From the NCBI RefSeq assembly GCF_044704955.1, contig NC_091993.1, positions 117,118,001 to 117,182,000 of the forward strand: DNA of 64,000 bases, read 5' to 3'. Every line of letters starts with the position of its first letter. Position 1 is the stretch's first letter. This document shows, one piece after another, positions 36,316 to 48,039 of this stretch. A model generated the notes under the pieces. It did not search any database. It saw nothing but the letters and a program-made list of their open reading frames with translations, and was not told where the DNA came from. This DNA comes from Pristiophorus japonicus (lineage: Eukaryota). The position numbers were made by a program, and so were the translations under genes.

Positions 36316-37871
36316 TAAATATTACAAGCAGTTTTAGTCAAAGATTTTTAGTTATTGCAGTTCTAGGATGTGGTTGACTTGTAAAATATGGAATTAAAGG
36401 ACCAGTATGAAAGATACATTTCTCTAAAGGTCAGAATTAAACTTGTATCACAAATAAGGTAACAATTACACCTTTTAAAAATTGCAGTCTTGTCATTTGA
36501 AGTTATTTTTCTGATTTTAATGACTATAGCTTCAGAAATGCATAATAGGTGAAATCACACTCTGATCACTCCTATCTCTTGCAGAGAGCCAGCACGGGTT
36601 TGATGGGCTGAATGGCCTTCTTCCGTGCTGTAACCATTGCGATCTCTTGGATTTCTGCTAGTTATGGGGGTAATTTTACGAATTCTTGCTCCTGGCAGGG
36701 AGCTTTGCCCTTCGGGTGCACATATTGAATATTTGGGTTGGCGCTGCCCATTATATTCTGACCAATCATTTTAATGGTCAGAATGGGCCTGAATTTCCAA
36801 CAGGCACTTGTGGTCAGCGGGGCTCCTCATTAGGACTTCAGACGTGTAAGGTTACTGTTGTGGAGTTAGAATTAGTTGGGTGAAGGTCAGAAATCAGGAG
36901 CATAAATACATGAACTGTGTCTCTACATTAATACATGAATGGTGTTTCCTACATTACAACAGTGACTACACTTCAAAAAAAGTACTTTGGGGTGTCCGGT
37001 GGTCGTGAAAGGTGTGACTGATTCGATCTCCATTGGGAAGCTGAAATAAATAAATAATTGAGAAAGGGACACTAATTTTCCATCCTAGTTATCTTTATCA
37101 TCCACCTGTACATAAGAATGGCTAAAACAATTTGGCTGCAATGGATTGGCACATACATAACTACACCAGCACCTACACATGCATTGAACACTAAATATAA
37201 AGAAAGCAATCTTGCATATTTATGATAGCGTTTTTACTGTAGGCATACTAATAATACGGTTGTACAGGACGGTGAGGTTTGAAAAATGCCTTTTCATCGC
37301 TGGAAGCTGTGTTTGAATCCAACTCAAGCTGATGGGATGATGATCTCTTCTCCTCGCCTACTCTAAAGATTTGGGTTCGAGTAGTCTTAGCCCAGTCCAC
37401 AGAAGGCAAAGGTCAACGGCACCAAAACACCCATAATTCCGCACCAGTTGCCAATTCTTTGGCAGTTGGGCGACAGGGGTTGCGGGTGGCAAATGGAATT
37501 GGCGCAGTAGATGGCTGTCCTCGGAGTCGAAGGGGGTGAATTCCCTCAGCGCCGTTACTTCACCAGTAGCCTCGATTACACCCTGACCCTCTGCCGAAGT
37601 TACACCGGCGGAACGGAAGCAGCCCCCAGGAAATTAACCCCACCTCCCCCACCTAGTTTCAAGCACAATGTTAAGTCGGTGCTGGTGCTGAACATGAAAG
37701 CCATTCTACAGCATCGACATTCCTCACTTTGGGATCACAGTCACCTGGACTCCACCAGAGAAACAATAGCACAATATCTCACATGGCAGCAGGAGATATC
37801 TCATTATTCTACCTGTGCAGATATAAAACAAACGCTCAGAATACAGCAGTGCAAATACATTTGACTTTTAC

Positions 37872-37908
37872 CTTAGTCTTTCCTTGTCCGAAGGAAATAG
37901 CTTTTGAC
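37872..37908 (-). CDS. Gene B exon 3, 37-nt stalk exon (GQKLFPSDKERLR)
   Basis: TTTTTAACAG| acceptor and AG|GTAAAA donor; phase 1 to 2, exactly what is needed to join the Ig exon to the TM exon. Confidence 0.8.
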
Positions 37909-38222
37909 CTGTTAAAAATGATGCATAAAAATATTATTTGATTATTTACTATCCTCGTGTTATAGATTCACTCAAAACTGTCAATATACTTTAGCAGTAA
38001 TTACCGATAAAAGTTCAAAATTCTGATTAGATAGGATCCTGAAAAGTGTTTTTCAGTATTGTCTTGGCTCATTCTTAACAGAGTTATAATTTAAACACTC
38101 TACTGAGAAATTAGGATCTTGGAGGTTTTGAAAAATATATAATAAAGCATGTATCAAATTAAATAAACTTGTTATTGAACAAAAGTATATTTGAAAAATG
38201 TACACACTACATTGTGTCCTAC

Positions 38223-38555
38223 CTTCAGTAACTTTAAGTTCTGTGGGACTTAAATAGTCCAGAAGGTGATGTCTTTCTATTCCACACCAGTACCACCCCT
38301 TATCGTTGGTTGTTAATTGATCCATTTGTACCGTAAGTTGTCCATTTTTATTATCAGCTGAAATTTTTATTTTGCCATCATGGCTTTTCATCATAGGACC
38401 GTGGGTCTGTACTAACACATGACAGGTCGCCCTGTTGTAGCCTCTGCACCAATACTTTTGATGATTGCTGTAATACGGGTCAAATCTGCAAGTGATAGTG
38501 ACTGGTCTTCCCACGGTTGCACTCGTTACCTTTGGTCCACTTATTGCATGCGCAA
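38223..38555 (-). CDS. Gene B exon 2, V-set Ig domain of CD300/pIgR/TREM type
   Basis: 333 nt, acceptor TTACAG|, donor G|GTAGGA, phase 1/1; motifs VTITC, KYWCRG..C (extra C-C' Cys pair), DKGWYWCG. Confidence 0.95.
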
Positions 38556-39121
38556 CTGTAAGTGTGAAAATATAACCATACATTTTAAAGTACAATAGTT
38601 GAACACTTGTGCTGTTGCACTCAGAAACATTAAAAAAATTGACGTTCCATTGCAACTGTCTCTCTAATGCCATTAACTGTGCCACTCATTTTTTCTCTGT
38701 GACCTCCTCTGTCTCTTTGCTTGCCTTCCTTCCACTCTTTCATTCTCTCTGCACGCTGCCTCGTTGTACTTTCTTTTCCTCTCTGTTTGTCAGACTGTTC
38801 TTTATCCACTCATTCAGACTCACTTGGTCACGATGACTCCCCTCTCACTTCTGTATTTCCCTCTGTGTCTACACGTACCTCACCCATTTATCGAGTTTTG
38901 TTGCTTTAAAAAAAATTTAAGGACGGAGGAACACAGCAAGGAACCAAAACGTGCTGGGTCGGTGAAGGGGATTCGGGCCAGGCCGCTGAGGCCAGGTGAG
39001 GGCGGGGAGCAGCCTTCTGGCCGATTCCAAAATACACACGGATTTCAGAGAAACTGGGGGAGTGGGCGGGAAGGAATAGGGGCCTAGTTGGACTGTATGG
39101 GGGTAGATTCTGATCAGGGAA

Positions 39122-39472
39122 CATTGAAACATACAAGATTCTGAAGGGGACTGACAGGGTAGATGCTGAGAGGTTGTTTCCCCTGGCTAGAGTGTACACA
39201 ACTTGGGGGCACAGTCTCAGGATAAGGGGTAGGCCATTTAAGACAGAAATGAGGAGGAATTTCTCTTCTCAGAGGATTGTGAATCTTTGGAATTCTCTGC
39301 CCCAGAAGCCTGTGGATGCCGAGTCTCTTAATATATTCAAGGTTGAGATAGATAGATTTTTGGAATCTGGGGGAATCAAGGGATATGAAAGTGGAGTTGA
39401 GGTTGATGATCACCTTTGATCTTATTGAATGGCCTACTCCTGCTCCTATTTTTTATGTTCTTAGGTTCTTAT
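39122..39472 (+). mobile_element. CR1 3' fragment
   Basis: GHSLRIRGRPFKTEMRRNF and tail. Confidence 0.85.
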
Positions 39473-40309
39473 GGGAGAGCACAATGGATCTGAAATGTAC
39501 CCTGGATTGATTGAAGTTGTAACGGGTCTGGAGTTGCTGAGAGAGGGCGAGAGAGAAAAACAGGGGGCACCAGTTTGGGTTGGAGTGAGAGGCTAGATGA
39601 TAGAGCAGGGAATCCACGGGTTTCAAGAATGGGACAAGGCCTAGGTAAAGTGGGGGAGAGTGGAGCTTAACCTGAAGACGAAAGGTGGAAGGAACATGAG
39701 AGTGAAAGCTATTGACAGCTGGAGGAATGTTGCAAGGGAGCTGGGCGCACAGTTAGGTATGTGGTAGACTGGTAGTGCGAGTGTTAAGAGGGTGCTTAGG
39801 TTTGGTGAGAACAGCTGATTTCCTTAGCACTGATCTTGCTATTTCTCAGGTTTAATTTGAGAAGCACTGGAAGTAGCAAATCTAATGGTCCCAAATTAGA
39901 GTGAGACTGTCCACCCAATTTACCTTAGGCTTCAAATATTTAGCACCACTCCATTGTATGTTTGACTTGGGGTGTGCGGCTTTCAACTGGGAGATCAGTG
40001 AGAGGGGACATAGTAGCAGGACTAAAGCCCGCAGCCTTGTAGAAGAGTAGGACTGGAGCCATTGTCCTGTGATGAAAAGAATGGAACCGACATACTGGAA
40101 GCAGGCCTCGGTGGGAGAGAGGGAGCAGAGTCAGATCTAGAATGCTTGGGTTGGCTCGGAGAGGGAAGAGACCCAGAGCTGGAGCTGTTGGGAGTGGGCC
40201 TGGGAAGGAAGGAGAGAGAGAATGAGTGGTGCATTCATAGCAGTCTCGGTTGGGGAGCTGCACCAGGAATACTTGGCTTGACTTGGGGTATCGAACCTAG
40301 TTTACATTA

Positions 40310-40740
40310 CATTTGTGGGCTGCCCCGACCTGTGAGAGAACACCACCGCAGGTCGGGGCTATAAATAGAGCTGGAGCGCCGGGCCCTGGAACATCGTGGG
40401 CGAAGGTGCGGCGAATGAGGGTACGGGGCCCAGAAGAGTCGAGGGCCCAGGGGCAGCACGGGCCAGCCCACACTGTGATATGTGTTCGCACTAGATCCGT
40501 GCAGCAGAGCTGGTCTCCAGTCGTCCTGGTTCAGCCCTTGCCACTGGATAAAGGCCTAGCTCTGTCAAGCCCGTGTGGTGGATGATATGCAACGGTCACC
40601 ACACGTTAAAAAAATCCACGCACAGACATCTTCCACCCCCTCAATTGGAGTTCAGGACTGGAACATCAGGTCCTTCATTGAAACATCTGTGAACTCTTGT
40701 GAAGCAAGTCATCCTCGTTCGAGGGACTGCCTATGATAAT
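40310..40740 (+). mobile_element. RTE-tailed non-autonomous element
   Basis: Same family as 35105-35560. Confidence 0.75.
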
Positions 40741-40849
40741 TGACATTACAGGAATTAGATGTGGTGTATTTGTAGAACAGTTTGTTCCCACTTATTCATA
40801 CTCAAATTTCCTCTTATTGAGTTCGGGAAACAAGGGGTGAAGGTGCAAA

Positions 40850-41410
40850 AGCAAAATACTGCAGATGCTGGAATCTGAAATAAAAACAGAAAATGCTGCA
40901 AATACTCAGTAGGTCAGGCAGCATTTGTGGAGAGAGAAACAGAGTTAACATTTCAGGTCGATGACCCTTCGTCAGAACTGGAAAAATTAGAGTTGTATCA
41001 AGTTTTTAAGCAAGTGCAGGGGCAGGGAAAGGGGGAGGAAAGAACAAAAGGGAAGGTCTGTGATAGGGTGGAAGGCAGGAGAGATTAGAGAGACAAAAGA
41101 GATGATGGTTGCAAGGCAGAAGGAAACGGTAATGGGACAAGTTAAGAAAAAAAGATGAGTCTAGATAGGGTGCAAATGGGAATGGCGGAATCGTCAACAG
41201 CTGTTGTGGGGAAGAGAAAAAAGCAGAAAAGAAGAAAAAAAAAAATATGGTAGAGGTTATGATCTGAAATTGTTGAACTCGATGTTGAGTCCAGAAAGCT
41301 GTAAAGTGCCTAAACCGAAAGATGAGCTGCCGTTCCTCGAGCTTGCGTTGAGCTTCACTGGAACAGTGCGAGAGGCCGAGGATGGAGAGGTCAGAGTGGG
41401 AATGGAGCTG
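40850..41410 (-). mobile_element. Penelope-like element 3' end
   Basis: C-terminal LGTLQ.SGLNIEFNNF-like coding remnant; terminal repeat also at ~4330, 14610, 22060, 28630, 30385, 32820. Confidence 0.65.
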
Positions 41411-41948
41411 TGAAAGTGGTTGTGTCGATAATTAAAATGCCTGTATCCATGTCCGGGTCAGACCTCCTCAGTCAGTAGCTGCTGTTCCAGGAGCTGATAT
41501 AACATGTCACAATAATGCCTGGTGAATTGAGCCGTCACAGGCCAATGTGAGTTTCAAGAAAATGCAAGCTGAGTTGTTTGCAAGAATACCACAGAGCGGT
41601 ATATCAATCACCTCTGAAACTCGTTACATCAGGTATGATCTTTATAGTGCACATTGATGAAGTCTGTGGGGTGGTTTTGGTTTGCTCTTTCTGTGGTGAC
41701 ATCCTGCTATATAGACCTTAGCCTTTCATCTTGGTTTCTCAATAATTAAAACAAATATATAGATAGTCTATAGAAAGAACATTTCCTACAAAGGGACCAT
41801 TATTTATGCATTATTTTTTGAATCTATTTTCAAGTTATTGCTCTCACCTATTAACCTAACTTCTTGAGCATTTCTTTATTCCTCTCTACATATAGCATAA
41901 GGTCTTCCTACATTACAACAGTGACTACACTTCAAAAGTACTTATTTG

Positions 41949-42528
41949 GTTGTACAGGGCCTTGGTGAGACCACACCTTGAATATTGTGTACAGTTTTGG
42001 TCTCCTAATCGGTGGAAGGACGTTCTTGCTATTGAGAGAGTGCAGCGAAGGTTCACCAGACTGATTCCCGGGATGACAGGACTGACATATGAAGAAAGAC
42101 TGGATCGACCAGGCTTATATTCACTGGAATTTAGAAGAATGAAAGGGGATCTCATAGAAACATATAAAATTCTGACGGGATTGGACAGGTTAGATGCAGG
42201 AAGAATGTTCCCGATGTTGGGGAAATCCAGAACCAGGGGTCACAGTCTAAGGGTAAGGGGTAAGCCATTTAAGACCGAGATGAGGAGAAACTTCTTCACT
42301 CAGAGAATTGTGAACCTGTGGAATTCTCTACCACAGAAAGCTGTTGAGGCCAGTTCGTTAGATATATTCAAAAGGGAGTTAGATGTGGCCCTTACAGCTA
42401 AAGGGATCAAGGGGTATGGAGAGAAAGCAGGAAAGGGGTACTGAAGTTGCATGATCAGCCATGATCATATTGAATGGTGGTGCAGGCTCGAAGGGCCGAA
42501 TGGCCTACTCCTGCACCTATTTTCTATG
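41949..42528 (+). mobile_element. CR1 3' fragment inserted into a DeuSINE tail (41905-41948 and 42529-42590)
   Basis: 164-aa ORF2 C-terminus; SINE sequence continuous across the insertion. Confidence 0.9.
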
Positions 42529-43127
42529 TAAAGCACTTTGGGACGTCCGGTAGTTGTGAAAGGCGCTAAAGAAATTCAAGTCTTTCTTTCATCCGAAGCC
42601 TCAATGTTGTGGCCCCATGAAGTGGTCATAACTCTAGTTAACGTGGTTCTACAATGTCCTGGGTCTTTGAGTAGAGTAGAAGTGATCCCACTTACATTTA
42701 GGTGAAATTAAGAGCGCCAGGAAGAATGGAGGATGAATAGTGAGCATACAATATATGTGTGCGCCGTTCTTTAAAGGCTGCAATTGCATATATTGTCTGG
42801 TGATGGAGTTTCTCAGCTGGATTTTATGGGTGGACAGACAGAAGTGGCAGCCAGGGACATCCAGTGGGGGGGGGGTGTCCTTTGACATAAGCCAGCATTC
42901 CATTTCTGGAGGAGCCCTTGGAAAAGTACCACCTCTTTTAAATAGCCGGACTGCCACTGGATATAAACTGGGCCTAAATATCTGTCATCTTCTCTATGAG
43001 GAGTAAAACCAGCTCATGTGGTGGATGCTGATGCGCAGAATTTCTTTCAAGCGAGAGTTGGACCTGTTTTTGGCTGGGACGGAGATCACCTCTTACAATC
43101 AGTATGTACCTGGTAACGTTAATCAAT

Positions 43128-43600
43128 AACAACAACTTGTATTTATATAGCGCCTTTATCGTAGTGAAAACATCCCAAGGTGCCTCACAGGAGTATTATG
43201 AGATTAAATATTTGACACCGAGCCAAGCAAGTAGAAATTAGGGCAGGTGACCAAAAGCTTGGTCAAAGAGGTAGGCTTTAAGGAGCGTCTCGAAGGAGGA
43301 AAGAGAGGGAGAGAGGCGGAGAGGTTTAGGCAGGGAGTTCCAGACCTTGCGGTCTAGGCAATAGAAGACACCAATGGTTGAGCGATTATAATTAGGGATG
43401 CTCTAGAGGGCAGATTTAGAGGATCACAGGGGTTGTGGGGCTGGAGGACATTACAGAGATAGGGAGGGGTGAGGCCATGGAGGGATTTGAAAACAAGGAT
43501 GAGAATTTTGAAATCGAGGCGTTGTTTAACCGGAAGTCAATGTAGGTCAGCGAGCGGTGATGGGTGAGCGGGACTTGGTGCGACTTAGGAGACGAGCAGC
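43128..43600 (-). mobile_element. L2-like LINE 3' end
   Basis: Matches 48740-49058 and 62955-63315. Confidence 0.8.
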
Positions 43601-43765
43601 CAAGTGGTCTCCTGGATTAGTTTTGATCGCCTAATGGGGTCAGAGAGGAATTTTCCACAATTTTTATACCCTATTTGTTATCTGTTTTTATGCTTCTCCC
43701 AGGGGATTACTTGGCTCTGGGTGGGGTGGGGAGTGACTGTACTCTGATGCACGAGACATCACAAC

Positions 43766-43928
43766 CAACGTTGCCGCTAAACTGCACAGCCGTGCAACTG
43801 TCTGGAGGTCCTGTGCAGGCCGCTCACCGGCTTTTCAATGGGAATAACTGCACATATGTGAAAATTTGGATGGGACTTGCAGCTCTTTAAAGGAACTGTG
43901 CACCAAAAAAAAATTAGGGGGAACTTTG
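43766..43928. mobile_element. hAT-like MITE
   Basis: TIRs CAACGTTGCCGCTAA / TTAGGGGGAACTTTG, 8-bp TSD ATCACAAC/ATCACTTC; decayed relative at ~19933-20075. Confidence 0.65.
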
Positions 43929-44034
43929 ATCACTTCTGCATGGGACAGGCTGGATGCACCAGTAGCTCTTTTCCTGTCCCTCATTTTTGCACTTGTACAT
44001 GACTTATGACAGTACCTTTTGTCACCAAGTCCTA

Positions 44035-44425
44035 TTCCAAAGACTGGAGCACATAAATCTAGGCTGACACTCCAGTACAGTGCTGAGGGAGTGCTGCACT
44101 GTCGGAAGTGCCGTCATTCGGATGAGGCGTTAAACCGAGGCCCCGTCTACTCTCTGGAACTGGATGTAAAAGATCCTATGGCACTATTTTGAAGAAAAGC
44201 AGGGGAGTTATCCCCGGTGTCCTGGCCAATATTTATCCCTCAATGAACATCACAAAAACAGATTATCTGGACATTATCACATTGCTGATTGTGGGAGTTG
44301 CTGTGCAAAAATTGGCTGCTGCGTTGCTCACATTACAACAGTGACTACACTCCAAAGGTACTTAATTGGCTGTCCGGTGGTCATGAAAGGCGCTATATAA
44401 ATGCAAGACTTTCTTTTTTCTTTTT
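44035..44425 (+). mobile_element. DeuSINE
   Basis: Matches 3790-4190. Confidence 0.85.
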
Positions 44426-44989
44426 AAGCATACACAAGGAGGGACTATGTGAACACATTTTAAATGAGAACTAATGCAAGCAATATTTCTGTTCATTAAC
44501 CGAACGGTAAATCACTTTGAGAATCGGAGGTAAAAGATGTCAAACTGGCTGAAAATAAGTGTTGACCCAATGAATTAAGTTGCACCTTGCATCCTCTGTT
44601 TTAATTTGAAATCAGTGTTGTTTCTGGTTTTCAACAGCAAAGTATTTTTGCTCATTAAAGGATGTTTCTTAAAGAGTATGGAAGACTTTGAAGAGCAGTA
44701 ACTCAGTGAGGTTCCTGCTGTACCACCTTTAAAACTTGTTGTGTGTGTACATTTAGCTTCCTGTTTAAATAGGCTTAAGATAAAACTGTGTGGTAAATGT
44801 GGGCAAAGCAGCACGACTTTAAAGATGTAGAGGTAAAAATTTACGCGAGCTGCCAAGGCCTGTTGTGCCTCCACAGGCAGCTTGCTTATTTTAATTGCAA
44901 GAAAAGAAGCCCTGGGTTTTGAGAGGAGGCAGGGAGGGATTTCAGCAGCAATGGCCCTTCTAAACTCCACAGGAAGGTTTTTTTTTTAA

Positions 44990-45426
44990 AACATAGGATT
45001 ACATAGGATATATGGCACAGAAACAGGCCATTCGGCCCAACCAGTCCATACCGGCGTTTATGCTCCACTCGAGCCTCCTTCCGTCTTTCCTCATCTAACT
45101 CTCTCAGCATAACCCTCTATTCCCTTCTCCCTCATACGCTTGTCCAGCCTCCCCTTAAATGCATCGATACTATTCACTTCAACCACTCCCTGTGGCAGCG
45201 AGTCCCACATTCTCACCACTCTCTGGGTAAAGAAGTTTCTTCTGAATTCCCGATTGGATTTCTTGGTAACTATCTTATATTGATGGCCTCTCGTTATGCT
45301 CCTTCCCACAAGTGGGAACGTTCTCTCTGTCTCCACTCTGTCAAAACCTTTCATAATTTTAAAGGCCTCTATTAGGTCACCCCTCAGCCTTCTTTTTTCA
45401 AGAGAAAAGAGACCCAGCCTGTTCAT
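44990..45426 (-). mobile_element. CR1 3' fragment (different subfamily)
   Basis: LGLFSLEKRRLRGDLIE..FFTQRVVRMW. Confidence 0.88.
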
Positions 45427-45735
45427 TTAAATTTGTTTGAAAAAAAACGTATCTTTTGGGGACAGCTGCTGAAGAATCTTGAATGGGGCAGGCCCAACGC
45501 CCGAACAAAGGCCCAATCCAAGTTTGGGTCGGCTGCTTTTCATGCTCCCTTTGGGCGCAGGACATTGATCTATGAAAATGGGCCTTGTTGAGCCCGTTTT
45601 AGGTGCGAAAATGGGCGTGAATGAGGTCCAAAAGAAAGACTTGCATTTCTATTGCACCTTTTGCGACCACTGGATGTCCCAAAGCACTTTACAAACAATG
45701 AAGTACTTTTTGAAGTGTAGTCACTGTTGTAGTGT

Positions 45736-47391
45736 CAGAAACAGAAAGTAAACATTATTGTTAAATAATCTTGTGACCATTTTTAATGGTGAAATTTTAG
45801 CTTCCAATTGTCGAATAAACTATCCCATGTCTTTGCTGATCCGTATGAACGTCAAAGTCTATAAAGTGAACAAAACGGTTTTATGCTCATGTTGACCAAA
45901 AGGGGAATTTCACTTCCCTGCGTGTTAAACAGGAAGAATCCGACAACAATCTGTTGCAACATTCTGCCTTTTTATCGGTAGTTCTGATTAACTTATTTAA
46001 CTGTGTTTTTAAGTCATGAAATATTTTCACTATTGTTGACAATAAACCAAAAATTGTCTCTATTTTGCACCTTCGGGAAATACTCGGTACCATTAGCAAC
46101 CAGAGGACCTCATTTTGGCTCCATTATAAGTCGTCTTTCTGCCTGTTTCATGTGGGTTTCTCTGAACGATTGTAAAAGCCCTGTAAAACCGCTCACACCT
46201 AACTTATCTCCAAGCACAGCATTACTTTCCGGACACGTGTTGAATTTTAAGGACAGAGCTCATTATTTTGTAAAACAATGACTGTTTATTGAAATAATCA
46301 GATGCAAATCTAAATATCTTTGTCATGTTTCAAATGCTATCTAGATATGTTTTTAGAGACAAATGACAATGGATGCTATTTCCTGCAACATTGTCATCTC
46401 CCAAATAACATAACGACTCAGATTTTTATAAAGCAGTGATTGGTGAGGCAGAATGGTCAGTATGTTTGATTGTGGATAGTTTATATAAAGAGCTTTAAAC
46501 CGAAGCAAGTGGATTTGGTGACAGTGGTGGCTTTAAGTTGGCCGGTCAATATTCCGAGCATGCTAAGTTCTTCTGGATCTATCCAGTTTTAACTAAAAAT
46601 GGGAAATGCCTATCACAGATAACTCTCTGCCTTTTCTAACCTCTCCCCACAATACTAGGCCTGGTAAAACAGAAGAAAATATAAATATTAAAATAAGTTC
46701 ACAGACCTTTCTTTATTGAGATTGTTCTAGTATAGATGCCACCCTCTTGCCTGTGACCCATTATTCTGCCAAAGAAAATGATCTCTTACGAATGATCTCA
46801 TCTGCACATTTAATAAAGGCACTGGACAAAATCAATTTGAAATAGCTTCCCGAACTTGCAAAGGAACTCAAGATTGCCAATTTGGGTGATCTTGGCTCTT
46901 AGTAATTACCAACATCACTAAAACAGATTCCCCTGGTCATTGTCACATTGCTGTTTGTGGGAGCTTGCTGTGCGCAAATTGGCCCTCTTGTTGCTAATGG
47001 TACCGAGTATTTCCCAAAGATAATAAATACAAACAATTTTTGGTTTATTATCAACAATAGTGAAAATATTTCATGACTTAAAAACAGTTAAAAAAAAGTT
47101 AATCAGGACTACCGATAAAAAAAAAGGCAGAATCTTGCAACGGGTTGATTACAAAATTCTTCCTGTTTAACCCGGAGAGAAGTGAAATTCCCCTTTTGGT
47201 CAACGTGACCGTGTTGTTCACTTTATAGACTTTGACGTTAGCAAAGACCTATTAGCAAAGACATGGCATTTCTCCCCATGTCAGATGTAGTCACCACATT
47301 GCATAGGCAAGTTTATTCGATAATTAGAAGCTAAAATCTCACCATTAAAAATGATCGCAAGGTTATTTAACAATGTTACTTTCTGTTTCTG
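45736..47391. repeat. Long inverted repeat, arms ~45736-46107 and ~46983-47391
   Basis: Arms are diverged reverse complements, e.g. GGGAAATACTCGGTACCATTAGCAAC / GTTGCTAATGGTACCGAGTATTTCCC. Confidence 0.92.
45902..45936. promoter_or_regulatory. Candidate leukocyte enhancer core: kB-like site overlapping an EICE, plus an ETS site
   Basis: GGGGAATTTC 45902-45911; GGAAGTGAAA (minus) 45908-45917; ACAGGAAG 45929-45936. Confidence 0.45.
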
Positions 47392-47999
47392 CTTTGGTAA
47401 TTCTGAAAGTGACAGGAAATGCAGCGTTTGAGAGATTTAAAATGGTGATTATATGATGTCTTGTTTTCACCTAATAGTTACCCGCTGGTTGCATATATAT
47501 TGATGTTAGTAAACATTATGTATTAAACGCGAACTCGAAATTAGTTGGTTTCACAACCAATTTATTAACTAAATTTTAACTGATAGGCTGAACAAGTCAG
47601 TACATATAAAATGCCCAGATTATACTATGCATAAAGTCCCATTAATTACAACTTCAGATAGAGCAGAAAAATAATCCGTCTGATCCGAGAATTCACCTCA
47701 TCCACATTTCAGCTCCGAGCTTCACAACAATTAAGACCAAAGAAAATGATAATGAAAGCAGGTTTGAATTGATAAAATGAGGTTCGATTGTATTACTTGT
47801 AGTGTAAAATAGGAGACATGTACTTAATTTTTCCTCAAAGGCAATCAATGCTGATCTTGAAAAAGAATCGCATTTTGAAAAGCAGTTGGAAGATATTTCT
47901 TAGTAGAGGTTTCCCAACAGATGACATTTCTGGTCAGACTTGTGTCAATAAATGTTTCCAATACTTCCAAAAATCCAAATAAGACCAATATTTTCTTAC

Positions 48000-48039
48000 C
48001 TGATAGGAAAGCAATGAACAGCAGAAAGGTAAACCCCAT
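48000..48039 (-). CDS. Gene B exon 1 (signal peptide MGFTFLLFIAFLS+G) of CD300/pIgR-like inhibitory receptor
   Basis: ATG at 48039, 13 hydrophobic codons, phase-1 donor CAG|GTAAGA; joins exon 2 to give MGFTFLLFIAFLSVAHA-ISGP. Confidence 0.85.

Noticed and set aside
38053-38685. 210-aa single-exon ORF
   Set aside because: Only 38223-38555 is Ig-like and bounded by splice sites; the flanks are intronic read-through
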